48,328 nt of DNA from Candidatus Berkelbacteria bacterium (lineage in GTDB: Bacteria > Patescibacteriota > UBA1384 > XYA2-FULL-43-10 > 1-14-0-10-43-13). A program made the position numbers and the translations under genes. Numbering within the stretch: the stretch's first letter is position 1; the number at the start of each line of letters is the position of its first letter. Location of the stretch: the NCBI GenBank assembly GCA_037143235.1, contig JBAWZC010000006.1:1-48328 (forward strand). Direction: 5' to 3'. Positions 45,940-48,328 of the stretch are shown here, in pieces. Below the pieces are notes generated by a model. That model saw nothing but the letters and a program-made list of their open reading frames with translations, made no database searches and had not been told where the DNA came from.

Positions 45940-47574
45940 CTATCCTTTCGTCGCCCTCCAGATTTCCTCTGGAGTGGTGACGAATTGTAGTACTTTTAGC
46001 AAACCATCCTGCTCCATCGTGACCATCCCAAGTTCCCGTGCTTTGATCTCAAAATCACTGATCGAACTCTTCTTACCAACGAGTATTTCCAGCTCTCTTG
46101 ATGGTTCGAGGCACTCAATAATCGCCTGACGCCCCTTGAAGCCAAGAAAATTACATTTATCACAACCTTTACCACGAACCAGCTCGATCGGTTCGTTTTT
46201 TAATTTATCGGTAATTTCTCGAGGCAAGCGATCTCTGATTGATTCAAAAGCTTTCAAGATATCGGTCCAGACTTCAGCTGGAGGAGTATATTTTTCTAGA
46301 CAATGTGGACAAACTTTGCGCACTAGCCTTTGTGCCATAATCAAATTGATCGATCCAGATAACAAGTATGGTTCCACTCCAATTTCAGCCAATCTCACGA
46401 AGACAGCCGGAGCCGAGTTCGCGTGAATAGTTGACAATAACAAATGACCCGTCATAGCCGCTTCTATCGCCGTTTTGGCTGTTTCTTGGTCTCTGATCTC
46501 ACCAACCATCAAAACATCAGGATCTTGCCTCAGGGAGGCTTTCAAAGCCTCTGCAAAATCGTAATGAGCTGCTGCGTCCACCTGGCTTTGCTCGATGCCA
46601 TCAATCCGATATTCGATTGGATTTTCCAAGGTAATTATCTTCGTCCCTGGTTTTCTGATCGTCATCAACGCCGCATAAAGAGTCGTCGTCTTGCCTGAGC
46701 CAGTCGGCCCAGAAGTTAGTATCATGCCGTGAGGTTTAGATATGGCACCTTTTAGTAAATTAAAAGCGTCAGCGCGGAAACCCAGCTTGGAAATATTGTC
46801 GATCAAGCTGCCCTGTCCGAGCAATCTCAAAACAATTGATTCGCCGCCTGAGGTCGGCATGATGGAAACACGAATATCAATAGTTTCGTCGGGATTATTG
46901 TCAAAAGTGAAACGGCCATCCTGAGGATGATCGGAAATATCTAGCCGTATTTTTGCCAGATATTTAATCCTAGCAAGCACTTGTTTGTATTTATCCAATC
47001 CGAGTTCAGCAATGTCTTGCAGCACACCATCGATACGATAGCGAATCGCAAAATAATCATTGTATGGCTCGAAATGAACATCAGAAGCCCCAAGCTTCAA
47101 TGCGCCATTGATCGCCACATTCATAAGTTCTGTTACTGTTGTTTGCTTCGCTGCTTCTGCGGCTGACTTGATATCAGTGATATTTTCGCCAATAGGAATT
47201 TTCTCCTGATTGTTGGACAAAGATGGTGTGTCAGCAAACTTTTTGTAAAAAGCGAAACCAGATTGAAAGCTCGCTCGAGAAATAACTGCGATTTTGAATT
47301 TGACACCAAGCTCAGTTGCTCTTTGATTTAGATAAGCCTGCATCTCCTCATTTTGCGGGTCAACTGCCGCAATCCTCACCTGATCTTGCACTCGCAAATA
47401 GGGGATGATCTGATAACTCAAAGCTAATTCCTCTGGTACAAGAGCAATGACCTCACGAACAAACGGATAACCTGACAGGTTCACATATTGCAAACCAAAA
47501 ATATCCGCTGTCGACTTAGCGACCGCTTCCTCTTCGTTCCTATTTAGAAAATATGCTGCCGAAGATAGATCCAT
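45940..47574 (-). CDS. GspE/PulE/PilB family assembly ATPase
   Basis: ASDVHFEP, RIDGVL, PQDGR, GPTGSGKTTT, LRQDPDVLMVGEIRD, TGHL, CxxC zinc motifs. Confidence 0.95.
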   Translation of the reverse strand: MDLSSAAYFLNRNEEEAVAKSTADIFGLQYVNLSGYPFVREVIALVPEELALSYQIIPYLRVQDQVRIAAVDPQNEEMQAYLNQRATELGVKFKIAVISRASFQSGFAFYKKFADTPSLSNNQEKIPIGENITDIKSAAEAAKQTTVTELMNVAINGALKLGASDVHFEPYNDYFAIRYRIDGVLQDIAELGLDKYKQVLARIKYLAKIRLDISDHPQDGRFTFDNNPDETIDIRVSIMPTSGGESIVLRLLGQGSLIDNISKLGFRADAFNLLKGAISKPHGMILTSGPTGSGKTTTLYAALMTIRKPGTKIITLENPIEYRIDGIEQSQVDAAAHYDFAEALKASLRQDPDVLMVGEIRDQETAKTAIEAAMTGHLLLSTIHANSAPAVFVRLAEIGVEPYLLSGSINLIMAQRLVRKVCPHCLEKYTPPAEVWTDILKAFESIRDRLPREITDKLKNEPIELVRGKGCDKCNFLGFKGRQAIIECLEPSRELEILVGKKSSISDFEIKARELGMVTMEQDGLLKVLQFVTTPEEIWRATKG

Positions 47575-47625
47575 CAGCCCCTCCCAAAATAGTATAGATA
47601 TATTATATCACAGTAAAAACAGAGT

Positions 47626-48048
47626 TTACTCAAAAATATTTATCATTCCTTCCTGACCAATTGTATTGGCAATCATATATTTATCTTTGTAATAGATCGG
47701 ATCCCAAAACCCAGGACCGGACGCTATTGGCCCTTCTTTGTTTATATAATCCTTGACTGTTCCTTCTATTTTGAAAAAATAATGACTAAATATCTTGCCC
47801 CCTTTGTAATATTGATTACCATATTCCAAATCATCAACCGTCTTCCTGATAAAATGAGGTCGAAATTTTTCAAACATTTCAGCGAAATGAAAATTCTTCT
47901 CCCAGCTAGTCAAACCCAACTTCTGCCATATGTTATCCGGATAATTTGTCCAACAAATTATATTCGCATTTGAAAATAACCAATCAACAATCTCTTGTTG
48001 ATGCTCCTCGATTTCATCCCATGAATTGTAATGTTTTTTCATAGACAT
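47626..48048 (-). CDS. Hypothetical protein
   Basis: 140-aa AT-rich ORF; no motif recognised. Confidence 0.55.
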   Translation of the reverse strand: MSMKKHYNSWDEIEEHQQEIVDWLFSNANIICWTNYPDNIWQKLGLTSWEKNFHFAEMFEKFRPHFIRKTVDDLEYGNQYYKGGKIFSHYFFKIEGTVKDYINKEGPIASGPGFWDPIYYKDKYMIANTIGQEGMINIFE

Positions 48049-48059
48049 TTAACTAAACA

Positions 48060-48256
48060 TTATTTTACCTCAAAACTTTGAAGTAATACACCGAATCCTA
48101 AATTTATATATTCTTTTTCTGTTAAGCCTTTGGGCCTGGTGTTTATTTGGTGGTAGTCTTTGTGTTTGGGGAGAGCTTGGATTTAAATTCTGTTTAGGAG
48201 TCTGAAGTGATAGATATATTTGATTATTTCTTGTTGTTTGTTATTTTAGGTAGCAT
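48060..48256 (-). pseudogene. Degraded N-terminus of a winged-helix / replication-relaxation-like gene
   Basis: MLPKIT [frameshift] NKQQEIIKYIYHFRLLNRI*IQAL..HKDYHQIN...LTEKEYI; family recalled from memory only. Confidence 0.35.
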
Positions 48257-48328
48257 GTTTTTTGTGTGATATAACTTACTTTTTCTTTTACCTACACCTA
48301 CCATACCATTAGTATATGTAAGGGTAGA

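Noticed and set aside
1-48328. Genome-wide stop-codon reassignment (code 25 or 15)
   Set aside because: Conserved genes are full length in code 11 and end in TGA (galU), TAG (M16 peptidase, GT4) and TAA.

Overview
Bacterial chromosomal window, standard code 11. Gene content (TrbC/VirB2-like pilins, TrmB-like regulator, giant secreted surface protein, tRNA-Arg(GCG), long L19 tail) suggests a Patescibacteria/CPR genome (inference). The backbone carries gltX, rplS, rpmA, dnaE, ndk, galU, comF, Hsp20, a GspE/PilB ATPase, desulfoferrodoxin, a BrnT/BrnA pair, four tRNAs and a 3814-aa modular adhesin-like protein. Intergenic regions are full of GTCATT...AATGAC palindromic (REP/dRS3-like) elements. 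The main discovery is a minus-strand accessory island (~28.4-32.75 kb). It holds an orphan Csx3/Crn3-like ring nuclease, its P-loop NTPase partner (interrupted by one in-frame TAG) and three unknown genes. It is punctuated by two type III hammerhead ribozymes (29010-29068, 32072-32124) with an identical core and different but fully paired stem I. Each ribozyme ends a ~250-nt structured RNA lying behind a small ORF, and the two unrelated ORFs share near-identical start and stop contexts, which looks like a ribozyme-delimited gene-cassette system. No CRISPR array or other cas gene is visible. All calls are by eye, with no database searches.
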